Shown: one piece after another, positions 39,093 through 52,770 of the stretch
Position numbering within the stretch: the first letter of the stretch is position 1
Layout of the letters: each line of letters begins with the position of its first letter
Origin: the human T2T-CHM13v2.0 reference genome, Homo sapiens
Assembly (NCBI RefSeq): GCF_009914755.1
Contig: NC_060933.1
Length of the DNA stretch: 64,000 nucleotides
Direction: 5' to 3' (one strand)
The notes under the pieces: model-generated
The model's database searches: none
Seen by the model: the letters and a program-made list of their open reading frames with translations, nothing else
Told to the model about the DNA's origin: nothing
Position numbers and translations under genes: made by a program

Positions 39093-39459
39093 AGCCAGAG
39101 GGGCTCTCTATGAAGACTGGCTTCTACACTAACTGTGGCTGTTTCTCCACAATTCACTTAACCTTCCTGAGCTCCAGATCTCTCCACTGTAGAGTGGTAG
39201 TAATATTACTTATCTTTCAGGATGACCATATAGAGTAGAAAACGTGTGTCCAAAAAGCAGCCCAGGTTGCCTATCTGTGCATTGATTGGCACTTACTAGG
39301 TAGCTTCTGTTGTCTTCACTCACATTGTCAGCAACTTCATCACCCGCCAGAGAACTCCCTTTGGCAGCAGCTGAGTTGGCCCATCCTAAATGAAGCAAAC
39401 ATGTCAGTCTTCTCCAAACAATTACTCTTCCCTTGCATAATTGGTAGGGGAGAAGCTTT

Positions 39460-39988
39460 AAGTGCTGCTTTAGTTCTTAGTTGCAGACAACACTATACTC
39501 TTTAGCAGGTTCAAGCAGAAATGAATTTATTCAAGAATATTAGGAAGCACAGAGGATCACTGGAAGGCTGAACAGCATCTTGGCTGAGCTTGCATTTCAG
39601 AAGCACACTGCAGAACTGGCCTGGAGAGGGAGCCTCTGCCACCATCAACCCCAGAGCCAGGTTTATCTGCTGCCATCAGGGTATTTTTGTCTTTCCCTTA
39701 CCCCCAAATCATGCTGCCAGAAGCACCAGTACCTCCAGAAATTTGCCAAAAGTATCAGCAAAATAGACCTGTCATCTTCCACCTCTCCTCTCATATTGCT
39801 TCAGAATCAGTCTCATTTGGGTGGGTCTGAGTGATGGCATCTACATCACAAGTCTGTTCTCTAAATAGCAAAGAGGGTTAGAAACTAGCTTTTTTGGTGT
39901 TTTGAGTCTATGTTGAGAAGGTGGGATTCCCCATGTGGAGAATTATCAAAAGATCTTAGCAGCCGCAAATGACAGGTATCTACTACAA
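39460..39988 (-). mobile_element. Ancient MaLR/ERVL LTR (MLT1K-N-like)
   Basis: ttagttgcagacaacact...ttcaagcagaaatgaatttatt start and ctactaca end. Confidence 0.5.
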
Positions 39989-40149
39989 TGTCTTAGGTGT
40001 GTTAGAAGAATCTTCCTCCTGTCTCCCCAGGTTGTCAGGGCATGAAGGCAATCATCCTTTGCCATCAAAGTGATGCCCACTGTCATCAAGATTTCCAGGG
40101 TCTATTTTCATCATGTTGCTGCCCTGGTTACCAAGAGACAAATTAAAAA

Positions 40150-40350
40150 TATCAGTCATATTTTGTGCCTTTTATGATTTATGTAGTTCTTTTCACATTA
40201 TTGCACTTTTTCCCTCACAAAACCCTGGAAGTTGGTCATTATTAGTTATATTTACATAAAGGAAATAGATGATCAAAAAAATATATTTTGCCAAAGGTCA
40301 TCCAGCCTTTGTATGTATTAAAGATTTTTATCCAAATTGGTTGTTTCTAA
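40150..40350 (-). mobile_element. MIR
   Basis: ccctcacaaaaccctggaagttgg...tttacataaaggaaatagatgatca...ttgccaaaggtcatccagc. Confidence 0.65.
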
Positions 40351-40374
40351 CTCAAAACTAACAAATTATCAAGA

Positions 40375-40590
40375 AAACAGACTTTTGAGGTCTGACAGTT
40401 GTGGGTTCAGGGTATAATTCTGCCATTTATTAGTTTGCCACTTAACCTCCTTGAGCTCAAGTTTTCTCACTGGTAATGTGAAAATGATAGTAATATCTGC
40501 CCTGTAAGGTGATTGTGATGATTAAATAAGATAATAGCTTCTAGTACAGTGTAACTGTAGGCAGCCAGTGAGTCATGTGTAATATCATTA
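40375..40590 (+). mobile_element. MIR
   Basis: cacttaacctccttgagctcaagttttctca...tgattgtgatgattaaataagataat. Confidence 0.75.
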
Positions 40591-42059
40591 CTGTGATTGG
40601 GATAATTCTTATTTGTATTATAATACACTTAGGAGGACTGGGGACACATACCTTTTATATCCTGATGAATATGTGCTCTGAATAGCCCTAAACAGAAGAA
40701 GGTTTATCTATAGGGTGCCCAGGCAGACAGGACTTTAACTCGATTTATTGACTCTTTAATAACTTGGCCAAATGTCATTTTAAAATTATAGGCAATTTTC
40801 TTTCTTTAGAGGGCAACATTTATTCACTCCTGGGCAGTCTTATTTTGTTCTGGGAAGGACTACCAAGTGACCCCTTTAAGGCATTTACATACCTGGCAAA
40901 ACCCCACTTGACTTTAGGGTCTTTCCATGAATTTACAAGGTGCCCCAGGAGCCTTTGGAAGTTCTGATGAACTGGGGTACCTAGTTACCTGACCTACGTA
41001 CCTATCTAGGTCAGAGAACAGGGAAGGTCAGCAGAAGCTCTGAGAGGAAATTGCCCTAAGGGAGGAAGGTGTGTGAATGAGTGACCCCCACACAACACAA
41101 AGGCAAGTGAACTGTTTCTGGGGACGGTTTCTGGCTGATACTAGACACCCTGATCCAGGATATGGTCTGCCTTGGGGAAAACAATGGGTGAGCTGAGAGA
41201 GCTAAGAATGCAACAATTGGAACTCCAGGCTGGGATTGGTGGGGCCCTCTATCGGTGATCGTGGGGTAGGGTCCAAGGAGCTACTCAGGCAGAGGGCACT
41301 GGGGGTGCCAGCTTTGGGAGCCTCTTTGGTTTGGGTGGTGACACTGTGTCCCCCATAGAAAGGCATTAAAATGGACTGTAAATGACATAAGAATGGCATG
41401 GAGTTTTGCTAGATATAAGCAACAGCAACAGTGGAAGCCAGTGGGCATCACTTCTCATTTCCAGGTTATTCCAGTGCCCGTTCCTATTCCCAGTGGCACC
41501 TTCCTGATTTGGTACTAGTGTCAACATTGGCCGTGAAGGAGGCACTTCTTCTGGCTTGCTCACACCATCCACATTTACCCTTAAAACGAGAACCCAGACT
41601 GAATCTGAGGACTGAGTGAGCACACTTGGGAGTTTTGATCATACCAAGGAGGGAGCTGTTTCATGTGAAAGGGGAAACCGCTCAGATTTTCTGCTAATCT
41701 GGATAAGTGGGGATTTTGTGGGAATGTAATTTGTATATGAAAGAAAAATGTAACCTTATGTTGTAAGCCCACACTGGAAAAGTCTGGGTTACTTAAGTAA
41801 ATAGCTATTGCGTATGTACTATGGAAATGATCAACTGTCATTGATATTATTATAAAAATGGTGGTTTATCAAACACTAAGGAAAGGTCAAAGACTAACCC
41901 ATCACTAAGTTTGCTAACACTTAGCAAACACAGGCTAAGTGTCACTCGGAATTGAGAACATGAGTAAAATGGTTTTTTAAGGCTCAGTCACCCAAAATGA
42001 AGGCTCACAAGTGGAAAAGGACCACATGGCCTCTCTGTACTCGTAGGGGAGCCCATAGC

Positions 42060-42545
<486 letters not shown>

Positions 42546-42570
42546 CCACTTCCTTGGTCCCTTTACCCCT

Positions 42571-42931
42571 TGATATGGTTTGGCTGTGTCCTCACCCAAA
42601 TCTCATCAAGAATTGTTTAATCCCACAATTCCCACGTGTCGTGGGAGGGACCGAGTGGGAGGTAATTGAATCATGAAGGCAGGTGTTTCTCATGCTGTTA
42701 TTGCAATAGTGAATAAGTCTCAAGAGATCTGATGGTTTTAAAAAGAGGAGTTCTTCCCATAAGCTCTCTCTTTGCCTGCTGCCATTCGCGGAAGATGTGA
42801 CTAGCTCCTCCTTGCCTTCCTCCGTGATCGTGAGGCCTCTCCAGCCATGTGGAACTGTAAGTCCATGAAACCCCTTTTTCTCCCTAGTCTTGGGTAAGTC
42901 TTTATCAGCAGCATGAAAATGGACTAATACA
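42571..42931 (+). mobile_element. THE1 (A-like) MaLR solo LTR
   Basis: tgatatggtttggctgtgtcc...gcatgaaaatggactaataca. Perfect 5-bp TSD CCCCT (42566-42570 and 42932-42936). Confidence 0.97.
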
Positions 42932-45900
42932 CCCCTTTTCTGTGTTTGATGGGTGTGGGGTAAAGGAGTGGTGGCCAGAAGCCCATGAGCTCGCTCTTCA
43001 CTGTTGGTGGGCCTCCAAAGATTTTTCTGTGAAGATTTGATAGTTTTCCCCAAATCCTAAAAAAAACCCACCCCTTTGGGGGCTTTATTATTTGAAGATA
43101 ACTAGTAAAATTTTGATGATTTGGACTGATTTTTTGGTTTGTTATAGGACTAGGCTAATAGGGGTATGGGCTCCATTTCAATCCTGAAAATTTGCTTCTC
43201 ATAAAATGAAAATCCAATGCAGGCTCTTGTCTGCCTTCATTAAGGGCACCTACAAGAGTGGGGTCAGGGGGTCCATGGGCAAGTGCACTATGGAGAATTT
43301 GCTGCAGACAATGGAATTGCCTTTACCTTGAAGGCGAGGCCTGGGGAGGGGCTAGGCCACATAGTGTGGCCTATTATGGGGCAGCCTGCCACGAGTAAGA
43401 GACAAACTGGTGGGACAGACCCTCCAAACATGCCATAAAATGCCAATCCAGGAGGAGGGATCTTTCCAGCTCTGTTTTATATGTATATATAAAAAAGCTG
43501 GAGCTCAGAGTGGTTAAATGACCTGTTGAAGAAAGGAACAGAAATACATGTGATTCCAGGGCTTTGGATTCAGAACACTCATCCACTAGGCCAGAGCCCA
43601 AGACCACCCCTTCCTTTTTTACATTAAGGCCGACTCTTTCACAGCTAAATTGGTCTTAGTTCTTTAGACTTGCACCAAAACTAATAAAGGTCTTCTTTCC
43701 TAATTGCACAATCAAAATAAATTATGTCTACAAATTAGAAGGCAAGGAAATTGCATGTGCATTTTGGGTGCCCTGATAATGTCCTGCAGTAAATTGTTTT
43801 CATATAAATTGCATGCTTAATTAATCGCTTTCAAAAATGCTCATGTATTTCTCTGCAAATACATCTCTGCCTGCAATTCATAAAATGCAAAGACAAATTA
43901 AATTGCTGATCCCCATATAAAAGTGTCACCCTTGGCGTATCTTGGCTGCGCTCAGTCATTTTGCTTTCTTTCCAACTAGCGCAATAAAGCTGGTGAGCCC
44001 CTCCCTGTTGGAGTTGCCCCTGGGTATCTGATTCAACAGATTTGAGGTCTCTCCTAAATTACAGCCCTACGAGGCTATAAAGTTAGTCTATGTGCTACAG
44101 CCAGCTGCGCTGAAAATCTGGCTGGCTCAGGTGATGCCTGAGACCCTCTCAGAATGGAAGACAAAAAGAGGCAATGAGCTTTGGGAGAGCTAGCCACACT
44201 AAAAAGAAAAATACATAAAGATTCATCCCCAAATCCAAAACAAAACACTTCCCACAAAAATGCATGCATTGTTTTGATTAAAATGTAGAAAAATACGAAA
44301 ATACTGTCTTCCACAATTCCAATACCCAGATACAATCACAGATAACCATGTCCTCTTTGGACAGAAGATTAAATGTTAGAAAAGTTAATCATTGCCAATT
44401 TAGATACTTTGTTTCGAAAGTGATTTGAGCTTTGAAGATGAGTTTGGATATGCATAATTTTCATTAGGCAGAGAACTTGTCCCCTGTTTCGGGCTGCCAA
44501 ATACAATATGCTTCAGGCAAAAGTTAATGTTTAGAAATGCCCCTGGTATGGTCAGCTTGCTGCAAATACATCTGCTCTGATTTCTAGAAAAGAACTGTGC
44601 TAACAGAAGGTGAAAGGAACGCAAGGCTGCTACATATTAGAGTTTATTTATCAACAAGATTTCAATGCCTGAAAGTTTTATTCTTAAAGATTTCAACAAA
44701 TGTTCTTCTTACAGAATCCCCGCCCTCTGCCTTCCCCTCCAACACAGGGGGAAAAAAGTCCCCAGGTGACTCCTCTCAGCTCAGCCAGTGATATCTGGGT
44801 GAGAGGGGACACAACAGAGTAAACTCATTAGCCAGCACAGCTTGTCTTTAGCTGATAATCCTTGCAGCTGGAGCTGAAGGGCTTGCTGTTTGATAGCAAA
44901 GAAAGTACAAGTCAGTAGCACTAACTTGTGGGGTGTCTGGGCTGTGGTGCCTATTCACTCCTGTGAAGACCAGGGTGGATTTTCTGTTAAGATGAATTGT
45001 AGCAGAAAGAGTCAAGATGAGGGTTAAAATCTACTGAGGTGGTATTTCCAGTGATAACCAAAACCAAAAATCAAAACAAAACTGAATACCTTGCACTGTT
45101 GCATTTTTGCAGACGTTGTGAACTTGGCCTTGCCTTTTGACACCAATGCTAATTCAGGGTGCATAATGGGAAATTCAGCTTTAGCAGGGGCTCAGCTCCT
45201 CTCTCAAACAGCTTCACCTGAGTTGTTGCTTGGCGTTAAGAAGTTGCTATCCCCACAACATGATTTCACTGATAATTTTCTGGCTGACTCAAGCAGCTTT
45301 GGAGGTAGAGGTCCACTCAGGTACACAAAAGCCTGAAAAAGCAGTTGTCTTTAAGCAAATTCTGTGTTGGGTCCTACAGAGATACTAAAATGACAAAGTT
45401 TGACCAGAGGAAAATGCTGAGACCAAATTCTATTCTTATGTTACGTTCTCATTCTTTCTCATCTTAGCATAACAAAAACAAAAAAACTATCAGGTCAATA
45501 AATTATGATATCATAAAATGTTTAGAAACTATAAATATTTACAAGTGATGTATGCATGAGATATAATATATGCATGAGGCATATATCTGAGCACATGGTG
45601 GTATGTGTGTGTGTGCATGCGTGCATCCTGAATAGTGTTGATTCTTAATAAACTTATAAAACCAGCAAAATTTATATTTGGTACTGTTCTAAACCATTTT
45701 ATTTTTTGCCATTCATTTTCTTTCCAGACTTGGTAAGCCCCAATCTGCCCGCTTTCCTTCTCCAGATATCATTTCCATTTAGGCCTGATTTTTGTTTCAT
45801 GATAGTGAGTAACCTGTGGATTAAATAAATTTTTAAGGCAAATTGCTCTTCTTTGGAAGCTTAAAATTTTGTATGTCCTATGTAAAATATCCTGTACAGA

Positions 45901-46057
45901 ACCACGGGATAAAAAAGAATTTCAGTGATCTTTAACTTGGTAGTATGGGTCCTTTTTACAATCTGGATCTTCAAGCCATATAAGAATAAAATGATGAAAT
46001 TTTCTTTAGGAAAGAGGTGACTCTTCTTTAGGGTGTTTCCTTGAAAACATAATAGGT

Positions 46058-46397
<340 letters not shown>

Positions 46398-47608
46398 TTA
46401 TAGTGTAAGATGATAGATGATGGGCTTTCTGATTGAGAGCTGTAAATACATACCTTCTAAGTAACTTCCTCTCAAGGTACACAGGAGACAATTACAAGGT
46501 GCATCTATTTATCTCTCAAGGAGATAAGACAATTTTTCATTGTACCTTCTTTCACACCGCTGCCTAAATTTTGGTGAAATTTGATTAAGCCTTTGTAGTC
46601 ATTTCTGTCCTATCTTACGTGTGTGCAAATCTGATAATGCCTGTTCTTTAATAGTAATGCCTATTCTTTTTTCTATGTTGGTGTAAAGGAGTCTTCTGTT
46701 GGCAGGATTGTTTCATTTTCCCAACTGCCTATAGAAGCTTTTTAAGTATAGCTAAGCCTGAGTACTTCTTTAGAAAAGAGATATTTGAGTGCAGAATGAT
46801 TAATATTACAGGCATTCAAATGATGATAGAGTTGGAAATCCATCCGGGTACCAGTGACTGCTGGTGGTGCTTACATTTTGGCAGGAGTGGAGATGATGTA
46901 GGATTTGTCTGGGATCTAAAGAGAGCCAATGCCTTAGAAAGTTGAGGTCAGTTATTTTTGGTGCATAGCAGGCACTCAGTAAGCATCTGTTGAGTGACTG
47001 GTAGGTTTGAAGTAGTTTGCTAGAAGTCTGTTTTTATGAAGTACTGAGGACCCTCAGGAAAAGGGCACTGGTATGAGGAGCTTGGTTCAGTTGTAACTAA
47101 GTCTTGGTAGTCAGAGAGAAGGGACATCCTGGTACCATGTGCAGGCTGCCACTCACATCTATCTCTTGGGTATTTGTTCCTGGTTCTATGAAGATAAAGG
47201 GATGTAGGTTAAACATGGCAGAGCTATTCCACTGAAAACATTGGAAAGCTGAAGGGCAGAAGCGATACTGCTTTCTAGCTCCTCTGAGAGGGTCTAGCTC
47301 ACATAGCAGAGGGCTGAGTGGCATCTTTTCCCCATCACTATGGACCAAGATTTGGCACCATGAGGGTTTGGGTTCAGTAGAAATAGAGGTGCCTGGTAGG
47401 AATGGACTGGTTTGCGAGCACATATAAAGTTCCTTGGGATTGCTGGAAACATATGAGAAAATAGGGGTTATTTCATGAGGGACTATGGTTGTATATTAGC
47501 ATGTGAAGGCAGGAGTCTATGCCACTTCAGTTTTTATTGTCACTAACTGTTATGATACTCTCAGGTAAATAAGGCCTAGGTGAATTTATGTTTTAAAAGT
47601 AAATATTA

Positions 47609-48034
47609 GGCCAGGTGCGGTGGCTCATGCCTGTAATTCCAGCACTTTGGGAGGCTGAGTCGGGTGGATCACTGAGGTCAGGAGTTTGAGACCAGCCTGA
47701 CCAACATAGTGAGACCCTGTCTCTACTAAAAATACAAAAATTTAGCCAGGTGTGGTGGTGCGTGCCTGTGGTCCCAGCTGCTCGGGAGGCTGAGTCGGGT
47801 GGATCACTGAGGTCAGGAGTTTGAGACCAGCCTGGCCAACATAGTGAAACCCTGTCTCTACTAAAAATACAAAAATTTAGCTGGGTGTGGTGGTGCGTGC
47901 CTGCGGTCCCAGCTGCTCAGGAGGCTGAGGCATGAGAATCACTTGAACTCCGGAGGCGCAGGCTGCAGTGAGTCGATGTTGCACCACTACACTTCAGCCT
48001 GGGTGACAGAGTAAAACTCTGTCTCAAAAAAAAA
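47609..48034 (+). mobile_element. AluS with an internal 135-bp tandem duplication (three-armed Alu)
   Basis: Units 47649-47783 and 47784-47918. A single TSD aaaagtaaatat at 47595-47606 and 48031-48042. Confidence 0.95.
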
Positions 48035-48207
48035 GTAAATATACTTCTGTTATATTAAAAAATTTTAGCACTTGAACCCAGATTCCCGCGTATCTGTTAT
48101 GAGCAGTAATAACATGGTAAAAATTCAGGTTTCCTCAATTCCAAGCCGGACATCAGCACAATAGAGCAGTCTGCCTAGTACCAGTGAGAACTAATATTCC
48201 AGGTCCT

Positions 48208-48880
48208 TCAATCCCACTTCTGGGTATTTACCCAGAACATTTTAAATCAGTATATCACAGTGATATCCGCACGCCCATATTCATGACAGCACTCTTCAAG
48301 TTATGGAATCAACATTAAATATTTATCAACAGATGAATAAAGATGTGTTATGTATACACAATGGAATACCATTCAGACTTAACAAAAGGAAATTCTTTCA
48401 TTTATGACAACATGGATGAACCTAGATGACATTATACTAAGTGAAAGAAGCCAGGCACAGAAAGAGAAATACTGTATGTTCTCAGTTACATGTGGAATGT
48501 AAAACAATCACACTCATAGAAGCAGACAGTAGCATGATGGTTACCGAGGTTGGGGGTTAGGGGGAGTGGGGAGATGGTGGTCAAAGGGTACAAAATCTCA
48601 GCTGGACAGGAGGAATAATTGTTTTTTTTTTTTTTTGCCATCTATTGCATGGTGTGGTTAATATAGTTATTATTAGTTTATTGTACATTTCAAAATTGCT
48701 AAGAGACTAAATTTCAAATGTTTTCAGTATGAAAAATAAGTATTTGTGGTGATGGATATGTTAACTAGCTTAATTTAATTATTCCACATTGTAATCATAA
48801 ATCATATTATCACTTTGTAGCCCACAAATATATACAATTATAAATTGTCAATTGTCAATAAGATTAAAAAGGAAATAAAA
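48208..48880 (+). mobile_element. L1MA (MA6-8-like) 3' end
   Basis: caatcccacttctgggtatttaccc, acaacatggatgaacctagatgacattatactaagtgaaa, ctcatagaagcagacagtag, ggtcaaagggtacaaa, and an A-rich end. Confidence 0.92.
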
Positions 48881-49694
48881 AGAAAAATGTTACTCTGCAT
48901 ACTCCTTCTCTTAAACTTTAAAATTTTACTTCTTTTTAACAGGGACAAAAGAGTATGACATCACTACAATTCTCTAACGGTTGCTTCCAAGCCAAGATTT
49001 CAAGGGGGGCTAGTTTGTGGCTTTTCTCACTCCCATCCTTTGTTAAAGTCTTTAACTCTTCACCAGACACCATAAGAAACTGAACTTTAAGCATCTGTTT
49101 TCTGTCATCTCAGCTGACAGTATATTTTCAGAACTCTGGAATTTCTGCTGTTGCTTAATCTTATATCCGGGAGCAGAATCTGAGGCTAGAACAGGAAGCA
49201 AAGCCTGTAAACTCTCTTAAGCTCCTGTCCTAAATTTTGCCTTTCAGAGGGGTGCAGGGATGGGGGGCAGCTGTCAAGTTTCCGTCTATGACTCTGTGCC
49301 AGTCTCCTTGGGACTTCCCAGCAATAATGGCACAATGATTTCTCAGGCCTCTGAAGGTTGTTGCAAATGGGGAGCTGGGTAGAGGCTACAAAGAAGGTTC
49401 CTGTTTTTGAATGAGTCCCAGTTTGGGAACAGGATGTAGAAAATCAGAACCAGACAACAGTGGGAAATGCAGGAAGCATGGCACAAACGTAAAATTAATT
49501 GCAGAATTTTTCGTTGCTTAGTTGTATAAATCGACTTTCTGAAGCCCATAAATTATTGCTTAGAGATTATGTAAGAGAAGAAGGCAAATTATCAGGCAGG
49601 TGTACAGCTCTTCAGACACATAGTCAATTCAAATTGGATTTTCTGCACAATATATAATGCTGTCCTTTATCCTCTGAGAGAGCATTTTTTACTG

Positions 49695-49925
49695 GGAGTG
49701 GAATGGGATGTAGGGCAAAAAGCCCAGGCTTCAGCACCAGGAGATCCAGGTTTTGTCATAATTATGACACTTATTGGACAAAACCTTAATTTCTCATGGC
49801 CTTGGTTTTCTGATCTACAAGATGGGAATTTTCATTTGGAATGATGGGATGTTTTCACCATCATATGTCTCTCCCAGGATTGCCGTGAGGATCAAATGAA
49901 GTCTCATACGAAAGAGACATATGAC
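49695..49925 (+). mobile_element. MIR
   Basis: ccttggttttctgatctacaagatgggaat...ctcccaggattgccgtgaggatcaaatga. Confidence 0.6.
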
Positions 49926-50399
49926 AGCAAAATGGCTGGCCCAGGAGCTCTTGTTTCATTATTGTTGGGAAGACCCGGGGAGCCTGGCACATACTCCAAG
50001 AGACTGAACCTTGACAGTTCCCTATCACCTCTCCAAAAGACAAAATTTAGGACAAGATCCAAGTTTACGGACTTTGTTTCCTGCTGTAGCCTCATAGATT
50101 CTGTTCCTGGATATAAGATTATGCAACAGTATAAATATTAGTAGTAAAGTAGTGTTCTAAAGTTGGTTCTGTGACATGTTGTGCCTGTGGGTAGAGCTCA
50201 AATAGTCCATTGATGCCAGCTGAACTATCTTCCTTGCCCAGGTTGGAGAGGTTCTGCTCACTTGTCACACCAGCTGCCTCTTGAAGAATGTGCTGCTAAT
50301 GATGACTATGCTTTTTCAGGCCTTTGGTCAAATGAAGAACAACTTTGTGGCATGTATCAGGTTGTCATTGAATAAATGGTTCATGAAGTTGCTTAATTT

Positions 50400-50532
50400 C
50401 CAGATCACTCTCCCTCTCAGAGCTCGTGTTTTCATCTGCAAAATGGGCGTGATAATGACCATATGGTAGGCTTACTGTGAGCATTAAGGGAGGAGATGTC
50501 TGGCCTATTGTTATGTTCAATAACTGTTAGTT
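50400..50532 (+). mobile_element. MIR
   Basis: ttttcatctgcaaaatgggcgtgataat...tgtgagcattaag. Confidence 0.65.
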
Positions 50533-50869
50533 TCAAGTTGAACACAACAAATCTCTAGGTCACTCTTTTCCTTAACATTAAATTTTGTTTTCCTTGATAC
50601 AAGTTATGCTTTATTTTCATTAGTTCATGAGTATTGTGCAAATCATTATGTCTGCAGAGTAGTTCAAAGTTAGATTATAAATTAGTTGCCATAAATATAC
50701 TTGGCTAAATTTTCTGCAGCAGTGATCTCTCCTCACCATGCTCTCTATTCATTCCTTATATCTTGTTCTTTTTATCCTCCTTTTAATGGTTCTATTATAT
50801 GCCAAGAGGGTTAGTTTTTTCCTTAGAAGCCAATGAAGACCTTTCTGGGAGCAAGAATATGTAAGTATT

Positions 50870-50890
50870 AAAAAAAAAAAAAAAAAAAAA
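50870..50890. repeat. A21 mononucleotide run
   Basis: Read directly. Confidence 0.95.
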
Positions 50891-52363
50891 GGGAAAAACA
50901 AAGTAGGAAGGGAAGAAGGAAGGAAAGAAGAAAGGAGAAAGCAAGGTAACTGTAGATAGATAAATTGGTTGTCTGTTTGGCTCGCTGTGGTCCTGAAGCC
51001 TGAAGTTGAGTGAATGTTTACACTTAAAATCAGCTGCTATTTTCCTGAGAAACTTGTTGGAAGGGAGGCTATGGGGCCTCATCCAAAGGATTTGCACTTT
51101 CATCCTGGACAATGCCTCTCTTTCAGCCAGCGCTTCCACCCAGTCAGCCACTGTATTTTTCCATTGTCCTTTTCCTGGAACTGTCCAGCCTAGCAGCCCT
51201 GAGCTAGGCTTAACAATTCCCTCTCCCCAACTTCTTGATGGATGGGCTGAGAGATTGGTATCAATTTAGACTTGAACAAAGCCTTAATACAGACTAATAT
51301 ATGAGATCAGGTGTTTGCTGTGTGAAGGTGAATGCCCCCTCCTCAGTCAAGGGGCTCTCTTATTTTGTTCTTGAAGTGGAATGTCCACCCTTCTTCCAAT
51401 AGAAAGGAACAACAACTGTGTGGCCTTATTGTAAGACCCTCTTGAGTTTGAGTCTTTCTCAAACTCAAGACAAGTTGAGTGCGAAGGGAAAGGTTAAAGC
51501 TTTTTTTCCTTACATGAATATATAACTCATGCTAAAGTTTGTAGATTTTGTAATCATTTCAATTACTTTTTCTCAGTGAAATATCGAATGGATGGACTTT
51601 GGCAGGAAGAGAACCAGGGCGGCAGATTTTTCTGGCTGCCAGCATCAGGCCTCTTAATGATGGAAAATGGATTGGGAGAAGGAATATCAATACACAAATG
51701 CTGAGTCTAATATAGAAACTGGAGCAAGTTGCCAGAGAGTTCTGGGTTATGTACTCTTGGAAGGAAGCAGCCAAGCCCTGAGGGGCCTCCTAAAGGAAGA
51801 GTCAGAAATAGAAGCAGACAGGCTTGCTGTTGGAAGGCTTGGAGTTCTTTGGGGAATGCTGGAAGCAGCGGGGTGACCTATTTTTTTCCTTTCTGTTTCA
51901 GGTCTTCTGATTAGGGTCCTGAAGTTTGTGTTCTAAGTCTACTTGCCATTTGATTGTGAGAGAGGGTAGGGAATGAGAGAGAGTGTGTGTGTGTGTATGT
52001 GCATAAGAGAAACATATTTGTCTTCTGTACTTCCCTAATGGCTATGTTTCACATTTTCACTTTGCCTTTAGGATACTATGTGCTTTGTAGGTGGTACTTC
52101 CATTTTCAAAGTCCTTCTTTTCTTGCTGGTCATGCTTTCAGAGGGAGGCTGACAAAGAGGGTCTTTGCCTATTAAGAGTGTATTTTGGCTGATCGGATGG
52201 TCTTGGCTGATGAATTTGATGGTGTGTGTCCACATGTACATATGTATATGCATGTATGTATTTACATATGTGATTACATAATACATATATAATATATAGT
52301 CATTGCTATTGTTAAAATTAGGGTCTATTTTTGTTTTGCATCATTGTGAAATGAAAAATAGTA

Positions 52364-52770
<407 letters not shown>

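Noticed and set aside
42592-43053. Longest ORF (153 aa)
   Set aside because: Mostly antisense THE1 LTR sequence, with no protein features.
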